Of a stretch of 57,465 nt of DNA, positions 30,410-38,852 are shown one piece after another (within the stretch, counting starts at the first letter, position 1; the number at the start of each line of letters is the position of its first letter). The position numbers and the translations under genes were made by a program. Below the pieces are notes generated by a model that did no database searches, was not told the origin of the DNA, and saw only the letters and a list, made by a program, of their open reading frames with translations. Origin of the DNA: Candidatus Aminicenantes bacterium (GTDB taxonomy: Bacteria; Acidobacteriota; Aminicenantia; Aminicenantales; Aminicenantaceae); the NCBI GenBank assembly GCA_011042725.1, contig DQWD01000338.1, positions 1 to 57,465 of the forward strand. The letters are read 5' to 3'.

Positions 30410-31374
30410 TGCACCACCGTAAAGCCCTCATTGCCTTTGGAGGCAATGCTATTCTTCCTAACCATCAAAAGGGCCTTCAGTCCGAGCAAATGAAAAACGC
30501 CCAAAAGGCCGCCAAGTTGATGGCTCATATTGTTCAGAAAGGATACGAATTAATCATCGTCCATGGTAATGGTCCTCAGGTGGGAAATCTACTTATTCAA
30601 ATGGAAGAAGCTGTGACTAAAGTACCACCCTTTACGCTGGAGCTTTGTGACGCTATGACTGAAGGAAGTATGGGCTTTATGCTCGAGAAGACTCTCATCA
30701 ATGAATTGCGCAAAAGATCCATAGATAAAGAGGTGGCTACTCTCATCACTCAAGTGGTCGTCGACCGCCACGATCCAGCTTTCCAAAGCCCCACTAAACC
30801 TATCGGTCCCTTTTATACCAAATATCGGGCTCAAATGCTTATTAGAGAAAAGAAATGGACCATGATCGAAGATGCGGGCCGCGGCTACCGCAAAGTCGTC
30901 CCTTCTCCCAAACCGATCGATATTGTCCCCAAACGCATAATTAAATCGTTGATTGAGGAGGGCATCATCGTTATCGCTGCCGGAGGAGGAGGCATCCCCG
31001 TGATCATCAATGGCAACGGTCTTTTCCAAGGGGTGGAAGCAGTTATTGACAAAGATTATGCCGCCAGCTTAATCGCCCGAGAGGTGGGAGTAGATTTATT
31101 CATTATTTTGACTAATGTTCCCCAAGTTTGCTTAAATTACGGAACTCCCGAAGAAAAACCATTGCGGGTCATAGCTGCTGAGGAAGCCCAAAAATATCTA
31201 GACCAAGGGCACTTTCCTCCCGGCTCGATGGGGCCCAAAATTAAAGCTGCCCTAGAATATATCGCCCATGGGGGACAAGAAGTGCTTATCACTTCCGCCA
31301 ATTATCTCAAGGCTGCTTTGGTAAATCGCTCCGGAACCAAAATCGTTGCATCTCGGAAAAAAAGGAGGCAATAG
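30409..31374 (+). CDS. arcC: Carbamate kinase
   Basis: AFGGNA, HGNGPQVG, KPIGPFY, GGGGIPV, EAVIDKD and GSMGPK motifs. Confidence 0.96.
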   Translation: MHHRKALIAFGGNAILPNHQKGLQSEQMKNAQKAAKLMAHIVQKGYELIIVHGNGPQVGNLLIQMEEAVTKVPPFTLELCDAMTEGSMGFMLEKTLINELRKRSIDKEVATLITQVVVDRHDPAFQSPTKPIGPFYTKYRAQMLIREKKWTMIEDAGRGYRKVVPSPKPIDIVPKRIIKSLIEEGIIVIAAGGGGIPVIINGNGLFQGVEAVIDKDYAASLIAREVGVDLFIILTNVPQVCLNYGTPEEKPLRVIAAEEAQKYLDQGHFPPGSMGPKIKAALEYIAHGGQEVLITSANYLKAALVNRSGTKIVASRKKRRQ

Positions 31375-31376
31375 AC

Positions 31377-32306
31377 ATGTTGAAAGATTTCTTGTCTATT
31401 CATCATCTTTCAGTCTATGAATTTAATGAAATCCTTGACTTGGCCCAAAAAATGAAGGCCAAACCCGATAAATTTAAATCTTCATTACGAGGAAAGATCC
31501 TCGCCATGATCTTCCAAAAACCCTCCCTCAGGACGAGAGTCACTTTTGAAGTGGGGATGCTCCAACTGGGAGGAGAAGCCATTTATCTAGCTCCTGCGGA
31601 CATCCAATTGGGTTCCCGAGAAACGCCCTTTGACGTGGCCAAAAATCTTGAAAGATGGGTCGATGGTATCATGGCCCGGACTTTTGCTCACTCAATTGTT
31701 GTCGACTTGGCTGAAGCAGCTAGGATACCCGTTGTCAATGCCTTAACCGATCTTCTCCATCCATGTCAGGCAATGGCAGATTTCTTAACCTTAAGAGAAA
31801 AGAAAGGGGACCTTAGTCAGCTTAAGTTAGCCTATGTTGGGGACGGTAACAATGTTTGTCATAGCCTGATGTTGGCCGGTGCTAAAGCCGGCACTAAGCT
31901 AGCCGTGGCCACTCCCCAAGGTTATGAGCCCCAGCCTGAAATTGTCAATCAAGCCAGGGAAGATGGACAGTCCACTGGATTTGCCCTTTCCTTAACTAAT
32001 GATCCAATTGAAGCTGTCCGCGAAGCTGATGCTATCTACACTGATGTCTGGGCTTCAATGGGTCAAGAACAGGAAAAAGAAAAAAGAGCTCAAATATTTG
32101 CCTCTTTTCAGGTCAACACAACTCTTATGGCTCAAGCTAAACCCGAGGCAATTTTTATGCATTGTTTACCCGCTCACCGTGGAGAAGAAGTTACCTCAGA
32201 AGTTATTGACTCCCCCCAATCGGTTGTTTTTGATCAAGCCGAAAACAGACTCCATGTCCAAAAAGCCATTCTCTGGCTTCTCATGGGACAAGAAAAAAGT
32301 GTATAA
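31377..32306 (+). CDS. arcB: Ornithine carbamoyltransferase (probably catabolic here)
   Basis: KPSLRTR, HPCQ, YTDVWASMG, HCLP and QAENRLH motifs; clustered with arcC. Confidence 0.95.
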   Translation: MLKDFLSIHHLSVYEFNEILDLAQKMKAKPDKFKSSLRGKILAMIFQKPSLRTRVTFEVGMLQLGGEAIYLAPADIQLGSRETPFDVAKNLERWVDGIMARTFAHSIVVDLAEAARIPVVNALTDLLHPCQAMADFLTLREKKGDLSQLKLAYVGDGNNVCHSLMLAGAKAGTKLAVATPQGYEPQPEIVNQAREDGQSTGFALSLTNDPIEAVREADAIYTDVWASMGQEQEKEKRAQIFASFQVNTTLMAQAKPEAIFMHCLPAHRGEEVTSEVIDSPQSVVFDQAENRLHVQKAILWLLMGQEKSV

Positions 32307-32336
32307 TTAAGCAGAAAAGGACAAAACGGTAATAAT

Positions 32337-34463
32337 ATGGCTCAACAACCTGAAATTGCTCAAATCTCAAGAGGGGATTTAGATTTTGTCTACTCTATCC
32401 TCCAAACCACGACCGAACCCCTCTCCCTTAAAGAACTAACCACCAAGTTAGGTTTTGAAAAAACGGCAACTGAACTCAATCAACCGCTGAAAAAATATGA
32501 TCCCAACTGCCGTTATGAAGTGGGAGATCTAATTTACAAAGAATATAATGAGCCCATCTTGGTTTCCAGCAAAAATACCGAAATGTTTACGGGGGCCGTC
32601 GTCCTGCGCGTGGTTAATAAGATCCCCTATGAAAGTTTCCGCTGTGAAATGCTGGAAGTCGACTACAACGGAGGAGGCCTTTTCCGTCGCCACATCGACT
32701 ACATGAAAAAGACCAAAACTCAAGTACTGCTTCCCAGCAACATGGATCATCAGGAGCGCGAGCCCGAACTAATTCCTCCTGAACAAGATCCTCGCCGGCA
32801 CGAAATCCCCATTACCGAGAAAGATCTAAAAAAGCTAGCCAAAAACCTTGAGAAAGCCCTTCATCATGACCAGCGTTTCTTTGGGTGGGGCGACAAGTGG
32901 GCTTTAACTGAAAAACAAATAAATATAGCCGAAGAAAAAATCCAAGAAATCGAACAATATATCCTTGATAAAAACCATTCCGTGCCCACCGAAGAGCTTA
33001 TTCACAACGTCTTGGACATCCCTTTCAACTCGCAAGAATATGGATTAGCTTGTATGAGTCTAAACGCCTTACTCAGTAAGAAATACCGGAAAAAGTTTGT
33101 TTATACTTTTCCTGAAAAATGGGGAAAATGGATCCACAAAGAGATTCTGGAAAGGATGACCAAAAATATTCCCCTTTTAGCTCCCCCGATTCCTTCTCCC
33201 CCTGAAATTGAAAAACAAAAATTATCGAGTTCGATACTTGAATTCCCTCTCAAAATATATCTTGGTTGGCGCGACATTCTCTCCGGAGGGGTACGCCTCC
33301 CCTTAGCCTTGAAGAAAGAGCTTTCATCGCTTGAATACATCCTTGAAGATCCTGAAGAAGAGAAGGAATATTCAGTTTTCTATTTCTCTTCTTGCCATGC
33401 CTTTCTTGGTCTCCAAGACATTTTCGAGCAATTTCACGTGCCCCAGGGAGCCAGCTTAACTCTGGAACAACGCTCCAAAACAAGATTCCGTTTTTGGTTA
33501 AAAACATCTAAGAAAAAAATCTCTTATCCTCGCCTGACTTACGACTCAGAAACCGATAAGTTTCAAAAAACAGACGAAGAGTTTTTCTCCTATGCCCTCC
33601 CCAATAAAATAATTCACATCGACGAAGAAACATTGGAGCACTTACTAAAACTATATCCCCAACGAGAAGTCAATGATTTACGAGAGTTACTCATTCTTAT
33701 TTATAAAGAATTTAGCCCCGAAGAAGAAAGGGTTCTCCACTACTTAAAAGCTTTCCACCTCGCGGATTTCCTCCGGCGAACTACCCAAGAAGCCGTCGAA
33801 GCCACCCTTCAATCTGCTCCCGAATTTGCCGAGTCAGAAAAAAGAAAGGGAGTCTTCATTTACCATGAAAAGGTCAAAACGGAAGAAGAGCTTACTGAGG
33901 AAGCGGCGCGCGTCGAAAAACCTGCAGCCGAAGGCCTGTCCTTATCCGAAACCCTGATCGCTCAAATTCTAGAAGAAGAGAGAGCAGCCCAAGAGCAACA
34001 GCCAGAAATCCCTTCTCCTCCCTTAGAAGCCCAAGAGCCTTCGCCGACCCCAGAAATAGTCTCTCCTCCAGAGGAAAAACCCGCGACCGAAGAACAACCC
34101 TTAACCCCTCCCGAGATCAAACAACCCCCCAGTCCAGAAAAAGAAAAACCAGCCAAAAAATCTCTCAAGAAAAAGAAACACAAAGGCCGCCTAGAACCCG
34201 AAAGCGGACCACGAAGAAGAAGGGGAGAGAAAAAATTTATCGAAGAAAAAATCGAATTAGAAGAATTTGAACAAGAAGCCCTGATTGCCACCAAGGCTAA
34301 GGAAGACCAGGAAGAAGTTCTCCCCGCCCCCAAAGCAGAAAAAGAAAAGAAAAAAGAAGAAGTTAAAGCTTTTGTTGGCCAAGCGGCTGGTTTTGGGGGA
34401 ATCTTTGCTGAAAAATTAAAATCTGCCCTTGAAGAAAAGAAAAAAACGAAAGATAAAAAGTAA
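32337..34463 (+). CDS. Hypothetical 708-aa protein with a globular N-terminal part and a Glu/Pro/Lys-rich low-complexity tail
   Basis: Long open frame with normal codon style; no enzyme motif recognised. Confidence 0.85.
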   Translation: MAQQPEIAQISRGDLDFVYSILQTTTEPLSLKELTTKLGFEKTATELNQPLKKYDPNCRYEVGDLIYKEYNEPILVSSKNTEMFTGAVVLRVVNKIPYESFRCEMLEVDYNGGGLFRRHIDYMKKTKTQVLLPSNMDHQEREPELIPPEQDPRRHEIPITEKDLKKLAKNLEKALHHDQRFFGWGDKWALTEKQINIAEEKIQEIEQYILDKNHSVPTEELIHNVLDIPFNSQEYGLACMSLNALLSKKYRKKFVYTFPEKWGKWIHKEILERMTKNIPLLAPPIPSPPEIEKQKLSSSILEFPLKIYLGWRDILSGGVRLPLALKKELSSLEYILEDPEEEKEYSVFYFSSCHAFLGLQDIFEQFHVPQGASLTLEQRSKTRFRFWLKTSKKKISYPRLTYDSETDKFQKTDEEFFSYALPNKIIHIDEETLEHLLKLYPQREVNDLRELLILIYKEFSPEEERVLHYLKAFHLADFLRRTTQEAVEATLQSAPEFAESEKRKGVFIYHEKVKTEEELTEEAARVEKPAAEGLSLSETLIAQILEEERAAQEQQPEIPSPPLEAQEPSPTPEIVSPPEEKPATEEQPLTPPEIKQPPSPEKEKPAKKSLKKKKHKGRLEPESGPRRRRGEKKFIEEKIELEEFEQEALIATKAKEDQEEVLPAPKAEKEKKKEEVKAFVGQAAGFGGIFAEKLKSALEEKKKTKDKK

Positions 34464-34522
34464 CACCAAGCGGCCTAATTCGGAAGGGGAAGCTATAAGA
34501 GTCTAGAGGACAGCATTCCTTC

Positions 34523-35689
34523 ATGATCAGGAAGCAAGACGAGGGATTTGATATCATCATCATTGGAGGGGGAATAGTCGGGCTAAGTCTGGCCTACTAT
34601 TTAGCCGCTAAAAGTGACTTAAGACTGGCCCTTTTAGAGAAAGATCTCCTCGCCCAAGCTTCAACTGGCCTCAGTGTAGGGGGGATTCGACAGCAATTTT
34701 CCCATCCCGCTAACATTCGCCTTTCCCAACATTCATTACATCTTCTAAATATTTTACGCTACCAACTCGGTAATCAAGAATCATTCCTGATTCATCAGGT
34801 CGGGTATTTATTTCTGGTTCAAAGCGATAATGTTTGGTCTACCTTTTTAGAAAACGTGGCTCTCCAACAGAACCTTCAAGTTCCAGTGGAAGTTCTCTCT
34901 CCCGCCCAGATAAAAAAGCAATGGCCCTTTTTAAGGACTGACGATCTGGCGGGAGGCACTTTTTGTTCGGCCGATGGTTATACAGATCCTTATCAAGTGG
35001 CCATGGTTTACGCCCGGGGTTGCCGCCAACAAAAAGTGGTTATCTTGGAACAGACCCCAGTTGAAAAGATAGAAGTCGAAGCCCAAAGAGTGCAAGCCGT
35101 AATTACGCCCCAAGGCCGTTTGTCAGCCTCTCTAGTCATCAATGCGGCCGGAGCCTGGGCAGGAGAGGTGGCCGCTTTGGCTGGAATCAAACTGCCTATT
35201 ACTCCTCTTCGACGGCAGGTTTTTGTCACTCATCCTTTTCGCTTGGGACAACAGCCCCTTCCCTTAATTATTGATTTTGAAAACCATTTCTACTTTCGAG
35301 AAGAGGGACTAGGTTATTTATTGGGATTGAGCGACCCGGCTGAATCCCCTGGGTTTAAATCCGGCATTGAACTGAGTCTGCTCGAAAGATTAACGGAGAT
35401 CGCTACTCATCGTGTCCCGACCTTGGCGCAAGCCTCAATTGCTCGCGGCTGGTCAGGTCTCTACGCGATGACTCCCGATGAAAATCCTATCCTTGGACCT
35501 CTACCCGAGGTGGAAGGTTTCTGGGTTGCCAGCGGCTTCTCGGGACATGGTTTTCAGCATGCCCCCGCGGTTGGGGATATCTTAAGTGATCTTATCCTTT
35601 ACGGTGAAACTAATTTCGACCTTGGTCCTTATCGATACCAAAGATTCCAAAACTCAACCTCCTCCAAGGGAGAAGAAAGGACGGTCTGA
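34523..35689 (+). CDS. FAD-dependent oxidoreductase, DAO/sarcosine-oxidase-beta family
   Basis: GGGIVG Rossmann motif, ASTGLSVGGIR, GLYAMTPDENPILG and GFSGHGF motifs. Confidence 0.9.
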   Translation: MIRKQDEGFDIIIIGGGIVGLSLAYYLAAKSDLRLALLEKDLLAQASTGLSVGGIRQQFSHPANIRLSQHSLHLLNILRYQLGNQESFLIHQVGYLFLVQSDNVWSTFLENVALQQNLQVPVEVLSPAQIKKQWPFLRTDDLAGGTFCSADGYTDPYQVAMVYARGCRQQKVVILEQTPVEKIEVEAQRVQAVITPQGRLSASLVINAAGAWAGEVAALAGIKLPITPLRRQVFVTHPFRLGQQPLPLIIDFENHFYFREEGLGYLLGLSDPAESPGFKSGIELSLLERLTEIATHRVPTLAQASIARGWSGLYAMTPDENPILGPLPEVEGFWVASGFSGHGFQHAPAVGDILSDLILYGETNFDLGPYRYQRFQNSTSSKGEERTV

Positions 35690-36681
35690 TGAAAGTAAGA
35701 GTTATCACCAAAGCCGATATTCAAGCTAATCTGGCAATGAGCGAAGTCATCCCGATGGTGAAAAAAGCCTATCGGGCCCTGGCTACCCAACAGGTGATCA
35801 TGCCCCCCCGCCTTCAAATTCCTGTCGAGGAAAAAGAAGGGGTGACGCTTTTTATGCCTGCCTACCTGAAACAAGAAAACGCCTTAGGGTCCAAGATTGT
35901 TTCGGTCTTCCCTCATAATGCGCAATTTAAGCGGCCAACCATAAATGCCGTGTTTTTTCTCATCAGCTCGGAGACCGGCGTTCCCTTAGCTCTCATGGAG
36001 GCTTCCTGGCTCACTGCCTTACGGACAGGAGCTGCTTCAGGAGTGGCCACCGAGTATTTGGCTCGAACAGAGGCTAAAATTGCCGCTATTTTTGGCGCGG
36101 GGGTTCAAGGACGAACTCAGTTACTGGCCGTCAGTCACGTTCAGCCATTAACCAAGGTGTGGGTCTATGATCCCAATCGCGAAGCGGCCCGCAATTTTGT
36201 GGAAGAGATGAAGACTTGGGGCTCCTCTGTGCCTTCAGAGATACTGGTGGCCTCCTCGCCGCAAGAAGCTATAAAAGAAGCCGATATTATCTGCACTGCG
36301 ACCACGGCCACCCGCCCTGTTTTTAACGGTGCTGATGTTAAGCCCGGCACCCATATCAACGCTATTGGCTCCTTTACTCCCGAGATGCAGGAGCTTCCTG
36401 AAGATATCATCACCAAGGCCAAAATTGTGGTTGATTCTCGTCCAGCCTGTCTAGAAGAAGCCGGCGATATCATTATTCCGTGGCGCCAAGGATTAATTAC
36501 TCCTCAAGATATTTATGGCGAAATTGGCGAAATCGTCCTCGGATCTCTGCCAGGGCGGGTAGACGATGAAGAAATAACTGTATTTAAATCCGTCGGGCTG
36601 GCTATTCAGGATGTCATCGTGGCCCAACTTATCCTGGAGAAGGCCCAACAGCACAACTTTGGTCAGGAAGTGGAACTATGA
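35689..36681 (+). CDS. Ornithine cyclodeaminase/mu-crystallin family (probable Delta1-pyrroline-2-carboxylate reductase)
   Basis: LTALRTGAASG, GAGVQG, GTHINAIGS and FKSVGLAIQD motifs. Confidence 0.88.
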   Translation: MKVRVITKADIQANLAMSEVIPMVKKAYRALATQQVIMPPRLQIPVEEKEGVTLFMPAYLKQENALGSKIVSVFPHNAQFKRPTINAVFFLISSETGVPLALMEASWLTALRTGAASGVATEYLARTEAKIAAIFGAGVQGRTQLLAVSHVQPLTKVWVYDPNREAARNFVEEMKTWGSSVPSEILVASSPQEAIKEADIICTATTATRPVFNGADVKPGTHINAIGSFTPEMQELPEDIITKAKIVVDSRPACLEEAGDIIIPWRQGLITPQDIYGEIGEIVLGSLPGRVDDEEITVFKSVGLAIQDVIVAQLILEKAQQHNFGQEVEL

Positions 36682-37733
36682 GGAACAAAGACCTAAAGAT
36701 AGCCGCAATTCCCTCCTATTTTCCTCCCTCAGAATGGAAGCGTTTTAAAGCCATCGAAGCCCATACCGCCGGTGAACCATTTCGAGTCATCACCTCTGGG
36801 TTCCCCCCTCTTAAAGGATCCACTATCATGGCCAAACGCCGGTATGTGCAGCAAAATTTTGATCATTGGCGCCGAGCCTTAATGTGGGAACCTCGAGGCC
36901 ACGCGGATATGTATGGTTGTCTCCTGACTGAACCGGAACGATCAGATAGTGATTTGGGCGTTATTTTCCTTCACAATGAAGGTTATAGCACTATGTGTGG
37001 CCATGGTATTATCGCTTTAACCAAAGTCGTCCTGGAAGGAGGGATAATCGTTAAAGAAGGCTCTCAGCCTTGTCTTAAAATCGATACCCCGGCGGGACAA
37101 GTCATTGCTCGCGCCCGACGCGAAGGAGAGAGAGTGGTTAAAGTATCTTTTCAGAATGTTCCTTCTTTTGTTGTTGCTCTCGACGAAAAAGTTAACTTAC
37201 CCTCCGTAGGTCTTATCCATTATGACCTGGCTTTCGGAGGTGCCTTCTATGCTTTCATTCGAGCCGAAGATCTGGGATTAAAATTAATTCCGTCTGAATT
37301 CAAAACAATCATCGAGTGGGGACAACGCCTTAAAAAACTAATCGCCTCTCATCCGTCCCTTCGCCACCCCATAAGTAACGATTTAAGTTTCCTTTACGGG
37401 GTGATTTTTATCGGCCCGCCACAAGATCCCACCCACCACAGCCGCAATGTGTGTGTCTTTGCCGAAGGAGAAGTCGACCGCAGTCCCACTGGGACTGGCG
37501 TCTCGGCTCGAGCAGCCATCCACTATACCCGCGGGGAAATTGCCCTTCATCAAGACTTTACCATTGAAAGCCTTATCAACACCTGTTTTACCGGTCGGGT
37601 GATCAAAAACCTCCAGTATGGTCCTTACCAAGCAGTTATCCCTGAAGTGGAAGGAGAAGCTTTTATTACCGGCCAAAGTGAATTTTACCTCGATCCCCAG
37701 GATCCTCTGTCAACCGGCTTTTTCCTTCGTTAA
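36678..37733 (+). CDS. Proline racemase family with Cys/Thr catalytic pair; probable trans-3-hydroxy-L-proline dehydratase
   Basis: EAHTAGEPFR, EPRGHADMYG, YSTMCGHG (Cys) and DRSPTGTG (Thr where racemases have Cys). Confidence 0.85.
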   Translation: MRNKDLKIAAIPSYFPPSEWKRFKAIEAHTAGEPFRVITSGFPPLKGSTIMAKRRYVQQNFDHWRRALMWEPRGHADMYGCLLTEPERSDSDLGVIFLHNEGYSTMCGHGIIALTKVVLEGGIIVKEGSQPCLKIDTPAGQVIARARREGERVVKVSFQNVPSFVVALDEKVNLPSVGLIHYDLAFGGAFYAFIRAEDLGLKLIPSEFKTIIEWGQRLKKLIASHPSLRHPISNDLSFLYGVIFIGPPQDPTHHSRNVCVFAEGEVDRSPTGTGVSARAAIHYTRGEIALHQDFTIESLINTCFTGRVIKNLQYGPYQAVIPEVEGEAFITGQSEFYLDPQDPLSTGFFLR

Positions 37734-37736
37734 CTC

Positions 37737-38852
37737 TTAATCCGGAAGAATCTCGCGGACCGAAGGAGTTTTGCGGCGAGTTACACCGATTTGATCCAGC
37801 AATTCAAGCAGCGGGATAGCGTATTTGCGCGACAATCCCGTTAGCTGTTTAAACTCAGTAATGGTCATTTCTTTTTGGCCCGAGGCCCTGATCTTCTTAA
37901 TCAGCTCTTCTAACCATTGGTAATGAAGATAATAACCATCTTTGCTCTTGATAATTTTTTGCTGATCAATCAGCATCGTCAAAAGCATGTTTAACTTTCT
38001 CCGAGGCAACCCTGTTCTTTGCTGGAGTTTATCGACTGATAGGGATAATAAATCTCCCTTGAGAATGCTAGTTTCCATCTGCTTCAATATCTCAATTTCT
38101 TGCGCTGTTAATTGAGGTTGAAACTCTGGCAAATAAAAATAATCTTCTCTCCGACGAAGAAGGCCTTTGGCGGTTAAGCGGTTGGCTAAGTAGGAGGTGG
38201 TCCGGGCGGAAATACCCAAATTTTTTCGCATCTTGGAGATAGTCATCCCCAGATCGTCTGGCTGCTGCTGGTGATATTTGGTTAACCGGCGCAGGATTTT
38301 CTGTTCTAAAAAATTTAGAATCTGTGGATGATAAATTAGATAAGGATGATGGTTCAAGATTTTCCATCGTCCTTCTCCTTCTCCTTCCTCAAGAATTAGC
38401 TTGAGCTTTTTTAAGGGAAGGGCAAAAAAGAATTTTATTTCTGACTCTCCTAATCCTTGGCTTCCTTTTTTAAGAGCTAATCCCTCGAGGGCCTCCTTTA
38501 AAGAGCCACTCATAACTTGGAGCCAGGCCAAGTGCTTGGTCATTCTTGGGAGTGAATAAGAAAATAGGGCTGGCCCTAAGATCCGCAGGTTGATTGTCTT
38601 TTTAAATCGATTCGCCAGGTAAAATTCCACCTCCACTTCATCATTCCACTTAAGTGAAATTGCCGGGTTGACAATTAAGCGTAAATATATGTTTTTGTCA
38701 ATTAAATCCTGCTGATTTTGGGAATAGACAATTACCTCCACTGAATAAGTATTTCTCCGGTGCCGGAGAACTCCCTTAATTATCTTCGACGCCGACCCCA
38801 AGGGCTGGGAGGCAACGGCTTCGAAACGATGAAAGAGATTAGACTTAGCCAT
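37737..38852 (-). CDS. SelB C-terminal-half protein (domain III-like barrel plus winged helices, no GTPase domain)
   Basis: The C-terminus FKQLTGLSRKYAIPLLELLDQIGVTRR matches the SelB WH4 SECIS-binding signature. There is no P-loop, and the protein is only 371 aa. Confidence 0.8.
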   Translation of the reverse strand: MAKSNLFHRFEAVASQPLGSASKIIKGVLRHRRNTYSVEVIVYSQNQQDLIDKNIYLRLIVNPAISLKWNDEVEVEFYLANRFKKTINLRILGPALFSYSLPRMTKHLAWLQVMSGSLKEALEGLALKKGSQGLGESEIKFFFALPLKKLKLILEEGEGEGRWKILNHHPYLIYHPQILNFLEQKILRRLTKYHQQQPDDLGMTISKMRKNLGISARTTSYLANRLTAKGLLRRREDYFYLPEFQPQLTAQEIEILKQMETSILKGDLLSLSVDKLQQRTGLPRRKLNMLLTMLIDQQKIIKSKDGYYLHYQWLEELIKKIRASGQKEMTITEFKQLTGLSRKYAIPLLELLDQIGVTRRKTPSVREILPD

